Of a DNA stretch of 64,000 bases, positions 16,613 through 26,446 are shown piece after piece; position 1 is the stretch's first letter, and each line of letters opens with the position of its first letter. The DNA is taken from contig CASFSG010000018.1 of the NCBI GenBank assembly GCA_949297305.1, forward strand, positions 4,901 to 68,900. The letters run 5' to 3'. The notes beneath the pieces are model-generated. The model had not been told where the DNA came from. It searched no databases and saw only the letters and a program-made list of their open reading frames with translations. Origin of the DNA: an uncultured bacterium (GTDB lineage: Bacteria; Bacillota_I; Bacilli_A; RFN20; CAG-826). The translations under genes and the position numbers were made by a program.

Positions 16613-18721
16613 ATGAAAATAATTCCTATTAAAGATTTAAGAGATACTAAAAAAATCGTTGAATTAACCCATGCATCATCGCCTATTTTTGTTACTAAGA
16701 ACGGCTATGAAGATTTAGTTATTTTAACTCACAATGATTACCAGCAATTATTAAAGAAAAGTGTTATTGATGTTAAAAAGAATAATCTATCTTTAAATAA
16801 CAATATTATTCCTCTTAAAAATCCAAATGAACATTATGGATTTATTAAAGTTGGAGCGGCTAATTTTTTGGGGGATGTCGCGAATGTTGAATATAATTAT
16901 CAAGAAATTATTAAGCTCATAATAGAAGCTAATAATCGTAAAATACAAGTCTTAGTGTTCCCTGAATTATCGTTAACTTCATATACTGCTAACGATATGT
17001 TTTTTCATGACGATTTATATCAAGAAAACATTAAGTATCTTTTGAAAATCAAAGAATTTAGTAAAGATTACAATATGCTAATTGTGATTGGGTCTTACTT
17101 AAGAAAAGATAATTATTTATATGATGTAGCGATTGCATATTTTAAAGGCGAGATATTGGGTGTTGTGCCTAAATCTAATCTTTCTTTTTATGAGCAGAGG
17201 TATTTTGAGTCTTCGCCATCTAATAATGATGAAATTACAATTGGAGATCGAAACTATCCTTTTGGCACTAAATTAATTTTTGTTGATCAATATTGTTTAG
17301 ATTTAAAAATTGCGATTGAGTTAGGTAACGATTTATTTAGCAATCTTTCTCCTTCAGAGTTTCATTCCTCTTATGGTGCGACTATCATTTTAAATTTAAG
17401 TGCGAAAGAGGAAACTATTAACGAAGAACAAAGAAGAAGAGAAATAATTAAAACAATTTCCTACAAAGAAAATAGTGCCTATATTTATTGTTCTGCTAGT
17501 TATATGGAAAGTACGACGGACGCTCTTTATAGTGGCCATTCCCTCATTTGTGAAAATGGTTTGCTTTTAAAAGAAAATGAATTATTTAGCGCAGGTTTGC
17601 TCGATAGCGACATCGATCTTCAAACTTTAATTAATGCCCGACATAAAAACGACTTTGTTAATCTTTCATCTGATAACGAATATATGTATATTCCTTTTAA
17701 AATGGAAATAAATCAGCCTGATTTGACTAGAAAAATATCGCAAAACCCATTTATTTTATCTTTTTTTGATAGTGGGAAAAAGAATTATCAAACCATTATA
17801 AAGATGCAATCTTATAGTTTATTAAAAAGGTTTAAAAGCGCTAGGGCAAAGAAATTAATCGTTGGCTTAAGTGGTGGTTTAGACTCCACTTTAGCGTTTT
17901 TAGTTTCCTTAGAAACATTAAAATTATTAGATTTAGATAGCAAACATTTAATTGCTATTTCCTTACCTTCTTTTGGTACTTCTAAACGAACCTACTCTAA
18001 TGCGGAGAAACTCGCAAAAAGGATGAATGTTGATTATCGCGAAATCAATATTTCAGAGACGATTAAATCGCATTTTAATGATATAAATCATCGCATCGAT
18101 AACCATAATGCATGCTATGAAAACGCACAAGCTCGTGAAAGAACGCAAGTTTTACTCGATATTGCTAATGATGAAAATGCCTTGATGGTTGGTACTGGCG
18201 ATTTAAGCGAATTGTGTTTAGGGTGGTGTACATATAACGGCGATCATATGTGTAATTATGGCGTTAATGGCTCTTTACCCAAAACGGTTATCCGCGAAAT
18301 AGTGCGTTTATATGCTTTAGACCATCAAGAAATTAAAGATGTCCTTTTAGATATTGTGCTTACACCTATTTCGCCAGAATTGCTTCCTCCTAAAGAAGGT
18401 CAAATTGCTCAAAAAACTGAAGATAGTGTCGGGCCTTATGAACTTCACGATTTCTTTATTTATTATTTCTTAAAAGAGCATTTTTCGATGAAAAAAATAC
18501 TCTATTTAGCTAAAATTGCTTTTCGCGATAAATACGATGAAGAAACAATTAAAAAATGGTTGACTATTTTTATTAAAAGATTTTTTGCAAGCCAATTTAA
18601 AAGATCTTGCTCGGTCGATGGAATTAGAATTGGCGAAGTCGATGTCTCTCCGCGCGCTGGCTTAAGGATGAGCAGCGACACATCTTGTCAAACATTTATC
18701 GATGAGCTAGAAAAAGAATAA
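16613..18721 (+). CDS. nadE: Glutamine-dependent-type NAD+ synthetase (CN-hydrolase domain plus NAD synthetase domain) with an N-terminal Phd/YefM-like extension
   Basis: VFPELSLTSY (Glu) and VPKSNLSFYEQRYFE (Lys) match the nitrilase-domain motifs, and GLSGGLDSTLAF is the PP-loop. The first ~50 aa (KIIPIKDLRDTKKIVELTHASSPIFVTKNGYEDLVILTHNDYQQLLKK) resemble a Phd/YefM antitoxin fold. Confidence 0.85.
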   Translation: MKIIPIKDLRDTKKIVELTHASSPIFVTKNGYEDLVILTHNDYQQLLKKSVIDVKKNNLSLNNNIIPLKNPNEHYGFIKVGAANFLGDVANVEYNYQEIIKLIIEANNRKIQVLVFPELSLTSYTANDMFFHDDLYQENIKYLLKIKEFSKDYNMLIVIGSYLRKDNYLYDVAIAYFKGEILGVVPKSNLSFYEQRYFESSPSNNDEITIGDRNYPFGTKLIFVDQYCLDLKIAIELGNDLFSNLSPSEFHSSYGATIILNLSAKEETINEEQRRREIIKTISYKENSAYIYCSASYMESTTDALYSGHSLICENGLLLKENELFSAGLLDSDIDLQTLINARHKNDFVNLSSDNEYMYIPFKMEINQPDLTRKISQNPFILSFFDSGKKNYQTIIKMQSYSLLKRFKSARAKKLIVGLSGGLDSTLAFLVSLETLKLLDLDSKHLIAISLPSFGTSKRTYSNAEKLAKRMNVDYREINISETIKSHFNDINHRIDNHNACYENAQARERTQVLLDIANDENALMVGTGDLSELCLGWCTYNGDHMCNYGVNGSLPKTVIREIVRLYALDHQEIKDVLLDIVLTPISPELLPPKEGQIAQKTEDSVGPYELHDFFIYYFLKEHFSMKKILYLAKIAFRDKYDEETIKKWLTIFIKRFFASQFKRSCSVDGIRIGEVDVSPRAGLRMSSDTSCQTFIDELEKE

Positions 18722-18728
18722 GCACTAA

Positions 18729-19871
18729 GTGCTTTTAAATAATTTCTTGCTATTTTTAATAATTTTATTTATATTATTTGTCGATATGATTAATGTTGAT
18801 CCTCCTCTTGACCCTCTGATATTAACTAGCGTAGATAGTACCGTCTACGGCATGCCTAGTTGGGTCGTTTGGATTTTAGTTGCAATTTTATTAATTGTTA
18901 GCGCTCTTTTTAGCGCCTCCGAAAACGCTTTTTCTAATTGTAATAAGTATCACTTTAAAGTTTTAGCTGATGAAGGCAAAGTCACTGCCAAAATCATCGT
19001 TTTTCTCACTGAGAAATTTGAACATACTTTAGTGACTATTTTAATTGGCAACAATATTGTCCAAACTCTCATTTCGACGATGACAGCGGTCTTATTTTAT
19101 AACTTATTAATGGGCACTTCTTTAGCAAATTATGAAGCCATTATCTCCTCCATTTTGGTTGGTGCTTTAGTTTATGTCGTTAGTGATACCGTCCCAAAAA
19201 TACTTTCAAAAGCGATTCCTAATAAGATGGCCATTTTACTTGCTTGGCCTGATTTTATCTTTTACATTTTGTTATTCCCATTATCTTATATTTTTAAACT
19301 CATCCTCGCTTTAACTCATAAAATTTTCCATATTAAAGAGAAAAATACTTTGACAAAAGAAGAATTTATCGATCAAGCTGATGAAGCAATTAGTGAAGAA
19401 AACATTTTAAATGAGGGTGAGCAATTATTTGAACCCAATGAAATTGGGATGATTAAAAAGGCTTTGAGCTTTGATGAAATCAGTGCGAAAGATGTTTATA
19501 CGCCTTTAGATAGAATTATATCTTTAAGTGCTGATAATTTATCAATTAAAGATGTTAATGATTTTATCATTAATAATAAGTACTCTCGTTATCCGGTCTA
19601 TGAAGATGATAAAGATAATATTGTTGGGGTTTTAAGTGTCAATGCCTATTTTAAAGAATATGCTTTAGATAATCATTTAGATGTACGTTCTTCTTTAAGT
19701 CAGCCGCTTTTTGTTAAAGAGGATGAAAAAGTTGATGATATCTTTAAAAAGCTCAACAACGAAAAGACGCATGTCGCCTTTGTTAAAAACGAGGAAGAAA
19801 AAGTTATTGGGATGTTGACGATGGAAGATATTCTCGATCAACTCGTAGTTACCAAAAAGGAGGCTAAATAA
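18729..19871 (+). CDS. CNNM/HlyC/CorC-family transporter (DUF21 plus CBS pair)
   Basis: It has an N-terminal 4-TM DUF21 region followed by CBS-like segments. It is the first of two tandem paralogs. Confidence 0.7.
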   Translation: MLLNNFLLFLIILFILFVDMINVDPPLDPLILTSVDSTVYGMPSWVVWILVAILLIVSALFSASENAFSNCNKYHFKVLADEGKVTAKIIVFLTEKFEHTLVTILIGNNIVQTLISTMTAVLFYNLLMGTSLANYEAIISSILVGALVYVVSDTVPKILSKAIPNKMAILLAWPDFIFYILLFPLSYIFKLILALTHKIFHIKEKNTLTKEEFIDQADEAISEENILNEGEQLFEPNEIGMIKKALSFDEISAKDVYTPLDRIISLSADNLSIKDVNDFIINNKYSRYPVYEDDKDNIVGVLSVNAYFKEYALDNHLDVRSSLSQPLFVKEDEKVDDIFKKLNNEKTHVAFVKNEEEKVIGMLTMEDILDQLVVTKKEAK

Positions 19872-19873
19872 TT

Positions 19874-21181
19874 ATGGTTTTAATAATTGTTTATAGTGTA
19901 GTCCTCCTTCTTTTACTCATTTTATCAATGTTTTTTTCTAGTGCGGATATGGCTTATGGCTCGGCTAGTTTAAATCGTATTAGTAAATTGCAAGACGATA
20001 ATCCCAAAAAGAAAAAATTTGCTCGCGCCTATAAATTATCAAAGAATTATGATAAGACGATTTCGACGATTCTTTTATTTAATGACACAATTAACGCTGG
20101 GCTAGATACAGTCGCGACATTGCTCGGCATTCAAATTGCCTTGCAAGTTGGTATCACAAATAACGATACATCTGAACTCTATGGTTTAGTCGCTTCTTTA
20201 ATCGTCTTAGTGCTCAAAGTTATTTTTGGTGAGATGATCGCTAAATCGTTAGGGAAAATTTATAATTATAAGGCTGTTGGGGCTTATTCTTTCATTATCC
20301 AACTATGTTATTGGATAACTATTCCAATTACTTTTCTAGTTGGTGGTTTTGGTCATATTGTCGCCTATCCTTTCATTCATTCAAAAAACGACATTCAAGT
20401 TAAGGATGAAGAACTCCATGAAATGGTCGATGAAATTGAAGAAGAAGGCGTTATCGATGAAGACAAAGCCGATATTTTAAGAGGGACGATTGATTATGCG
20501 ACGACAGAAGTTTATGAAATCATGACTCCGCGGGCTAAATTATGCGCGATTGAAAAGGAAACGACGATTGAAGAAATTATGGAAAATAACCGCATCTTCT
20601 CTTTCTCGCGCATCTTAATTTATGAAGAAAATATCGATAATATTATCGGTTATGTTGAGACTAAATCGTTAATTAAAGCTTCTTTAGAAAATAATGAATC
20701 TATTCCTTCAAATAGCATCAAAGAAATTAAGTTTGTACCGCGAACGACCGAAATTAATGATGTCTTAAATTATTTTATTGAAACTCATCACCATATGGTA
20801 ATTGTTTTAGATGAATATGGTGGGGTTGAAGGTCTAGTGACTAAAGAAGATATTTATGAAGAATTAGTTGGCGAAATTTGGGATGAAACCGATCAAACCA
20901 ATAATATTGTCTCTGAGCAAGACGAGGATACCTTTATTATCGATGGCGGGATGAATTTAGAAGATTTTTGTCAATTATTCGATCTCGATTTTGATGAAAT
21001 TGATACAGAATATGTGACAATTGGTGGTTTTATTATCGAATTATTAGATGATAAGTTCGCGGAACTTAATCAAGTGATTGAATATCAAAATTTATCGATG
21101 AAAGTTATTGCGATGGGCAAACACCATACCATCAAGAAATTATTGGTAAAAAAGATGAAAGATAAAAACGAGAAAGAATAA
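19874..21181 (+). CDS. CNNM/HlyC/CorC-family transporter (DUF21, CBS pair and CorC_HlyC C-terminal domain)
   Basis: It has a DUF21 TM region and CBS domains. DEYGGVEGLVTKEDIYEELVGEIWDE is the CorC_HlyC transporter-associated domain. Confidence 0.8.
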   Translation: MVLIIVYSVVLLLLLILSMFFSSADMAYGSASLNRISKLQDDNPKKKKFARAYKLSKNYDKTISTILLFNDTINAGLDTVATLLGIQIALQVGITNNDTSELYGLVASLIVLVLKVIFGEMIAKSLGKIYNYKAVGAYSFIIQLCYWITIPITFLVGGFGHIVAYPFIHSKNDIQVKDEELHEMVDEIEEEGVIDEDKADILRGTIDYATTEVYEIMTPRAKLCAIEKETTIEEIMENNRIFSFSRILIYEENIDNIIGYVETKSLIKASLENNESIPSNSIKEIKFVPRTTEINDVLNYFIETHHHMVIVLDEYGGVEGLVTKEDIYEELVGEIWDETDQTNNIVSEQDEDTFIIDGGMNLEDFCQLFDLDFDEIDTEYVTIGGFIIELLDDKFAELNQVIEYQNLSMKVIAMGKHHTIKKLLVKKMKDKNEKE

Positions 21182-21258
21182 TTTATCATTGTTCATTATT
21201 TTTATAATGAAAAAAATTTCCCTCTTGTTATAATAAGATTGTCTATGAGGAAGAACTT

Positions 21259-22611
21259 ATGAAAAATAAATTTATCTTAATTAATTCTTTAATTAGCCTC
21301 TTTTTGCTTAGTGGCTGTATCTCAAAAGAAGCTTTGACTCCTAATACCTTAAAAGTTTTAACAAATCCAAGCGATTCGACAACTTTAAATGATGAAGAGA
21401 TGGAAATAGTTTTAAGTGAAGCTAGGAAAAACCTAAAAGATGTTTCGATGATGCGTTATACCGTCAACGAAGTTGATGATAACTCACGATTATACACGGG
21501 TGCTTTAAGCACTTTAGCCAATCGACGAACATCGTATACTCAATTAGAATTAACCCCCTTTAGCAATGATGTTTTAGTTTCATCTATTTCTAATTCGGTC
21601 GTTTCTACTGGCAACACGGTTTATTCTTCCTATTATTCCAATTCAAACATTTTTTATATTAATGAAGTTCCTTCTTTAGAGGAAAACGAAGATCCTTCTT
21701 ATCAAATTTCCTATAATGTTAAATCGACAATTAATAATCAGTCTTCCTCTTATAGTGGCAAAACGGTTGATTTACCTTCATTAGAATATGGCCGCATGTT
21801 CCTCAATCAATTATTAGAAAGTTTAATTTTTGATGAAAGCTATACGGAAGGAATCGATTTATTTTCAGTCACTTCTTTGAAGAAATATGTTTTGACGAAT
21901 AATGGTTTTGCTTTCTCACAGAGTTCGCGGAATGTTTACGCTACATATTATAATGTAGAAGTTGATTATATTGATAATCCCATTAAGGGCAATAATGAAA
22001 ATCAACTTTTATTAGCGAAGATCGATAACTTCCAAATTTGTTACGCTTATGATATGACAAGCGGCTATCGTTTAGATAATTTCCAATATATTCGTTCGAG
22101 CGGTTATTTAAGCGATTATCAAGGCAATATCAATAGCGATATCTTGATCGTTTCACAAATGACGAAAAATATCAAAGTTAATTATGGTCCTAGAGATGTT
22201 TATGAAGGAGAAATTGTTCCTTATGAAAATGTCGATCCCTTCTTAGATTATGAATTAGTATCAGTTAATGAGGTGGGTGAATATACATTAGTTGATAATT
22301 TTATCGATACATCGATGAGTTATGTCGCTTTATATGGAGCCTCCTCTATTGATGGATATGTGGCAATTAAACATTTCAATTTAGCGACTGGTAATTATGC
22401 CCTTCGAGGTGTAGATGATAAAATTATCCCTTATGATGATATCGAAATTGTTTCCAACCGCTTTAATTCAATTAAGCCCCAAATTATTAATAACGTTGAA
22501 TATATTAATCTTTTAGAAGGCGAATATGAAATGAGAATTTATCTAGATCAAGATGGTCATCTCATCAATGTTGAATTATCTTGTCTAGAAGTGACGATGA
22601 ATATAGCATGA
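21259..22611 (+). CDS. Lipoprotein of unknown function
   Basis: The signal peptide ends in a LLSGCIS lipobox and an RBS is present (gaggaag). The body is Ser/Asn-rich with no recognisable domain. Confidence 0.5.
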   Translation: MKNKFILINSLISLFLLSGCISKEALTPNTLKVLTNPSDSTTLNDEEMEIVLSEARKNLKDVSMMRYTVNEVDDNSRLYTGALSTLANRRTSYTQLELTPFSNDVLVSSISNSVVSTGNTVYSSYYSNSNIFYINEVPSLEENEDPSYQISYNVKSTINNQSSSYSGKTVDLPSLEYGRMFLNQLLESLIFDESYTEGIDLFSVTSLKKYVLTNNGFAFSQSSRNVYATYYNVEVDYIDNPIKGNNENQLLLAKIDNFQICYAYDMTSGYRLDNFQYIRSSGYLSDYQGNINSDILIVSQMTKNIKVNYGPRDVYEGEIVPYENVDPFLDYELVSVNEVGEYTLVDNFIDTSMSYVALYGASSIDGYVAIKHFNLATGNYALRGVDDKIIPYDDIEIVSNRFNSIKPQIINNVEYINLLEGEYEMRIYLDQDGHLINVELSCLEVTMNIA

Positions 22612-23648
22612 AAGAAAAAAATTCCATAATTGTTTTGCCTAGCTATCAGCCAGATGAAAAACTAATTAAAGTAGTTAACGAACTTTTTATTAACCGCTTT
22701 AAAGTTTTAGTAATTAATGATGGTAGCGACCCTTCTTATGATAAAATTTTCGATCAAATTAAAGATAAAGCAATTGTCGTCGGCTATCAAGGTAATAAGG
22801 GTAAAGGTTTCGCTTTAAAATACGGTTATAAATATATTTATGAACATTTACAAGAATATCCTTATTTAATTACGGCGGATGGCGATGGACAACACGCGAC
22901 GGAAGATATTATTAAAATGGATGAAATCGTCACTTCTTTAAAAAGACCAGTTATCGGTGTTCGCGACTTTAAAACGAAGGTCCCAATTAAATCGCGAATT
23001 GGTAATAATCTATCTTGTTTAACTCAAACTCTGATAACTTCGCGTTATCTACGTGATAATCAATGCGGTTTAAGGGCTTTTACTAGAGAAGATATTCCTT
23101 GGATGATGAAGGTAAAAGGCAATCGCTATGAATATGAAATGAATATCATCTCTTATTTACAACTAAAAGAGATGAAGTACGCTCCGATGCACATTCAAAC
23201 AATTTATGAAAATAATAATGAGGGTTCACACTTTCGTCCTTTCCGCGACACTGTTCGCATTCAAAAAATAATTTTAAAATTTGGTTTACCAAAACTAATT
23301 AGTTTTATTGTTGGTATCGTTTTATCTTATATTTATTTCCAATTTGCATTTTCAAATATTAATTTAAATTACGAAATTTCCACTCTTTTAGCTGCTTTGA
23401 CTTCATTCTTATTTTATTTATTAATCTATTTTATCATTTATCGTCCATTGATACCTTATCGCCCTTTACTTAGAAATGTTGTCATCAAAATGCTTAGTTT
23501 TATCGGTGTTTTCCTATTTGTCGAATTATTTTCTCGCCTTTTAAATTTACCAATAGCTTTATCGTATTTTTTAGCTTCATTTGTTATGATTTTCCCTTCG
23601 CATTATCTTTTAAAAGCAATGGCGATGGTCTACGAATCTCAAATTTAA
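22608..23648 (+). CDS. Family-2 glycosyltransferase (polyprenyl-phosphate sugar transferase-like) with C-terminal TM helices
   Basis: IVLPSYQPDE and TADGDGQH (DxD) are GT2 motifs and there is a C-terminal multi-TM region. The probable start is ATG 22608, overlapping the upstream TGA. The track's 22581 start is likely an upstream extension. Confidence 0.75.
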   Translation: MKEKNSIIVLPSYQPDEKLIKVVNELFINRFKVLVINDGSDPSYDKIFDQIKDKAIVVGYQGNKGKGFALKYGYKYIYEHLQEYPYLITADGDGQHATEDIIKMDEIVTSLKRPVIGVRDFKTKVPIKSRIGNNLSCLTQTLITSRYLRDNQCGLRAFTREDIPWMMKVKGNRYEYEMNIISYLQLKEMKYAPMHIQTIYENNNEGSHFRPFRDTVRIQKIILKFGLPKLISFIVGIVLSYIYFQFAFSNINLNYEISTLLAALTSFLFYLLIYFIIYRPLIPYRPLLRNVVIKMLSFIGVFLFVELFSRLLNLPIALSYFLASFVMIFPSHYLLKAMAMVYESQI

Positions 23649-23716
23649 AATTAATGTTGATTAATTTATAAAATAAATATATTATTTTCTTGTTTATGAA
23701 AGGATTTTTATTTTAA

Positions 23717-24658
23717 ATGAAAAAATTTGAAATTATTCTCGATAGTGGCGCGGATATGCCATTAGAATTACGCCAAAAATATGATATTTATCCTGAAATT
23801 TTTAAAGGGATCGTTTATAACCCTGATGGTTCTGAAATGCTTCGAGCAGATATCGATTATCAAAATATATCTGCCGAAAATTATTTTGCTATTATCAAAA
23901 AGAATGCTGGTAAAATCAAAACATCTTTTACTCCGATTGGTGAAATGGTGACGATTATGGACAAAATTGCCAAAGAGGGAAAAGATATCTTAGTTATAAC
24001 TATTTCTAGTGGTATTTCTGGCACTTATGGCGCTGCCATTGAGGCGAGCGAACTAGTTAAAGAAGATAACCCAGATGTCAATATCAAAATCGTTGATTCT
24101 TTAAAATATTCTTCTGGTATTGCTATTTTAGCTATTAGGGCGAGCGAAATGCGTTTACAAGGCGCATCGATAGAAGAAGTTGAAAAACATCTCAACGAAT
24201 TGCGTTATCAAATTCATGAAAGTGGTCCGATGGATGATTTAATGTTTTTAGCTAAAAGTGGTCGTCTAAAAGGAGTGAAAGCTTTCTTTGGCCAAATGGT
24301 TGGTGTTCGTCCTTTAGCGGATTTTAATTTTAAAGGTGAAAACGAACCCATTGGGACAGTTAAAGGTAAAGATAAAGTAGATAATATTTGTTTAACTTAT
24401 ATGGAACAGTTAATTGAAAACCCCTTAGACCAAATCATTTTCATTTCTCATAGTAATCGCTACGAAAAGGCTCTTAAATATCAAGAATTGATTCAAAAGA
24501 AATTTAATCCTAAAGCAATTTATATCACCAATTTAAGTCAATCTTGTGGAGCGAATGTTGGCCCTGGTTTATGCGCGGCTTTTTATATCGGCAAACCAAT
24601 TACTCCTGATAGAAAAACGCAATTAGATGCATTCGCTTATGCCTTAAAGGTTAATTGA
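23717..24658 (+). CDS. DegV-family fatty-acid-binding protein
   Basis: ILDSGADMP and ITISSGISGTY are DegV hallmarks. Confidence 0.85.
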   Translation: MKKFEIILDSGADMPLELRQKYDIYPEIFKGIVYNPDGSEMLRADIDYQNISAENYFAIIKKNAGKIKTSFTPIGEMVTIMDKIAKEGKDILVITISSGISGTYGAAIEASELVKEDNPDVNIKIVDSLKYSSGIAILAIRASEMRLQGASIEEVEKHLNELRYQIHESGPMDDLMFLAKSGRLKGVKAFFGQMVGVRPLADFNFKGENEPIGTVKGKDKVDNICLTYMEQLIENPLDQIIFISHSNRYEKALKYQELIQKKFNPKAIYITNLSQSCGANVGPGLCAAFYIGKPITPDRKTQLDAFAYALKVN

Positions 24659-24674
24659 GTGTTATAATAAGTTT

Positions 24675-25703
24675 GTGAATTTATTATATTTAGTTACATT
24701 ATCTAATTGGATGATCGCCTTAATCGTTATTGGGGCAATTGTCCTTTTTATTTTGTTAAATTTAGTAATTATGCTGCTTTATACAAATAAAATTGCTACA
24801 CGGCTATTTTATAATCAGTGGCGAAGAGATGACTTAAGTAAATATATGCGAGGATGTTCCGATAAGGATTTTGACTACCATGTCGATATGTTCAATCAGG
24901 GAATGGCTTATCGCAAAACGATTTTAGATAAAGTTCATGAAGTCAAAATCTTAGTTAATGAAGATCGACTAACAGGCGAATATTATGATTTCGGTTTTAA
25001 TCGAACAATTATTATTATGCCTGGTAGAATGGAAACGGCCTTATATGGGGCTTTTTATGCCGAGCCATTAATTAAAGCTGGCTATAATGTTTTGTGTCCC
25101 GATCCTTACGCTCATGGTTTAAGCGATGGTAAAGTAATCTCGTTAGGTTCAAAAGAAGGTGATGATGTCTTAAGTTGGGCAAAATATCTTCACGAAGAAA
25201 AAGGTCAAGAAGATATTGGACTATTTGGAATATGTGGTGGCTCTACCGGAGCGCTTTATGCTTTAAAAAATCAACATCCTAATTATTTGCGCTTTATGAT
25301 TGCTGATTCAATGTTCATTACTTTTTTTGATATGTATCGACGACATATTATTGATGAACGTAAACCAGTGTTCCCGGTCATTTATCAAGTTTTACATAAA
25401 ATTAAAAAATATAATAAAGTCAATCCATATCGAGTCACGCCTAAAAAAATCATTAAAAATGTTCGAGAACCAATTCTCTTTTTAAGCGGCGAAAAAGACA
25501 TTTTTGCGGTTAGTAAGAATGCAAGTAAATTATTTAAACTTTCCCGATCAGTTCATAAGGAAATAGTTTATTTACCGCATGGTCGTCATTCGCATTTACG
25601 ATATGATGATAAAGAAATATATGACCAGGCTATCGAGAAATTTTTAAAGAATTTAGACGAAAATAATTATTATTTTAACCAACTTAATAATATCGCTAAT
25701 TGA
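24675..25703 (+). CDS. Membrane-anchored alpha/beta-hydrolase
   Basis: An N-terminal TM helix is followed by a GICGGSTGA nucleophile elbow (GxSxG-like) and a later HGRHSH. Confidence 0.55.
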   Translation: MNLLYLVTLSNWMIALIVIGAIVLFILLNLVIMLLYTNKIATRLFYNQWRRDDLSKYMRGCSDKDFDYHVDMFNQGMAYRKTILDKVHEVKILVNEDRLTGEYYDFGFNRTIIIMPGRMETALYGAFYAEPLIKAGYNVLCPDPYAHGLSDGKVISLGSKEGDDVLSWAKYLHEEKGQEDIGLFGICGGSTGALYALKNQHPNYLRFMIADSMFITFFDMYRRHIIDERKPVFPVIYQVLHKIKKYNKVNPYRVTPKKIIKNVREPILFLSGEKDIFAVSKNASKLFKLSRSVHKEIVYLPHGRHSHLRYDDKEIYDQAIEKFLKNLDENNYYFNQLNNIAN

Positions 25704-26226
25704 TAAAGTTAATAAATGTTATCTTCATATATAAAGGAAGAATATTGTAATGACTGTGTTTTTTTATTTAATATTGCCAAAACGGAGATCCCTTATGAAC
25801 TTATAACGCAAAAAAGAATAGAAATAATGAAGTTTTACCTATATTATTTAAATAATTTATTAAAAATAAATAGAAGAAAAAAATCTTCTATTGCGCATTT
25901 AATCACGCAAAAATAGGATTTTTGATTAAAAATCTAGAAAAATTTCTATAATCTTATCTATTGTAAATCCTTTCTTAGAAAAAAATAAAATATCGTTATA
26001 ATAATGAGCGATAGGAGTATTCCTAATATGATAAATATTTTAAGATGAATTATAAAGATGGAATTATTAAGACATTACTCAATTAAATTCCTGTAAAAAA
26101 TCTTTAATATTTTTGTATAATTTTATTTGAAAAGAATATGCTTAAAAATATTTTATCATTATTTCCTAATAACAAATATCTGTTTAACCAGTAAAATATT
26201 ACTTAATAAAATAATTTTATTCTATC

Positions 26227-26255
26227 TTGCATAAATGTCGTTTGATAAATATAAT
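26227..26255 (+). promoter_or_regulatory. Sigma-70-type promoter driving tRNA-Trp
   Basis: TTGCAT (26227-26232), a 17-nt spacer and TATAAT (26250-26255). The tRNA starts about 12 nt downstream. Confidence 0.6.
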
Positions 26256-26266
26256 AATTCGAGCAT

Positions 26267-26337
26267 AGGGGCGTAGTTAAACGGCATAGCAACGGTCTCC
26301 AAAACCGTTATTGCGGGTTCGATTCCTGCCGCCCCTG
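26267..26337 (+). tRNA. tRNA-Trp (anticodon CCA)
   Basis: The acceptor stem AGGGGCG pairs with CGCCCCT, the anticodon loop is CTCCAAA and the T-loop is TTCGATT. A CCA anticodon implies UGA is a stop codon, consistent with the long standard-code ORFs. Confidence 0.85.
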
Positions 26338-26446
26338 GATGAAGAGCTCTATCTTGAGCCTTTTTATTTTATAAAAATTTACAAGACATTTCCTAACCTT
26401 AAATTACTTATATTAATTTCATTATTTATTTGTTAAAATTTCTTTT

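Noticed and set aside
25716-25916. 66-aa plus-strand ORF (MLSSYIKEEYCNDCVF...)
   Set aside because: It has no RBS and sits in a long AT-rich spacer with low complexity and no motif. It could be a remnant but is not supportable as a gene.
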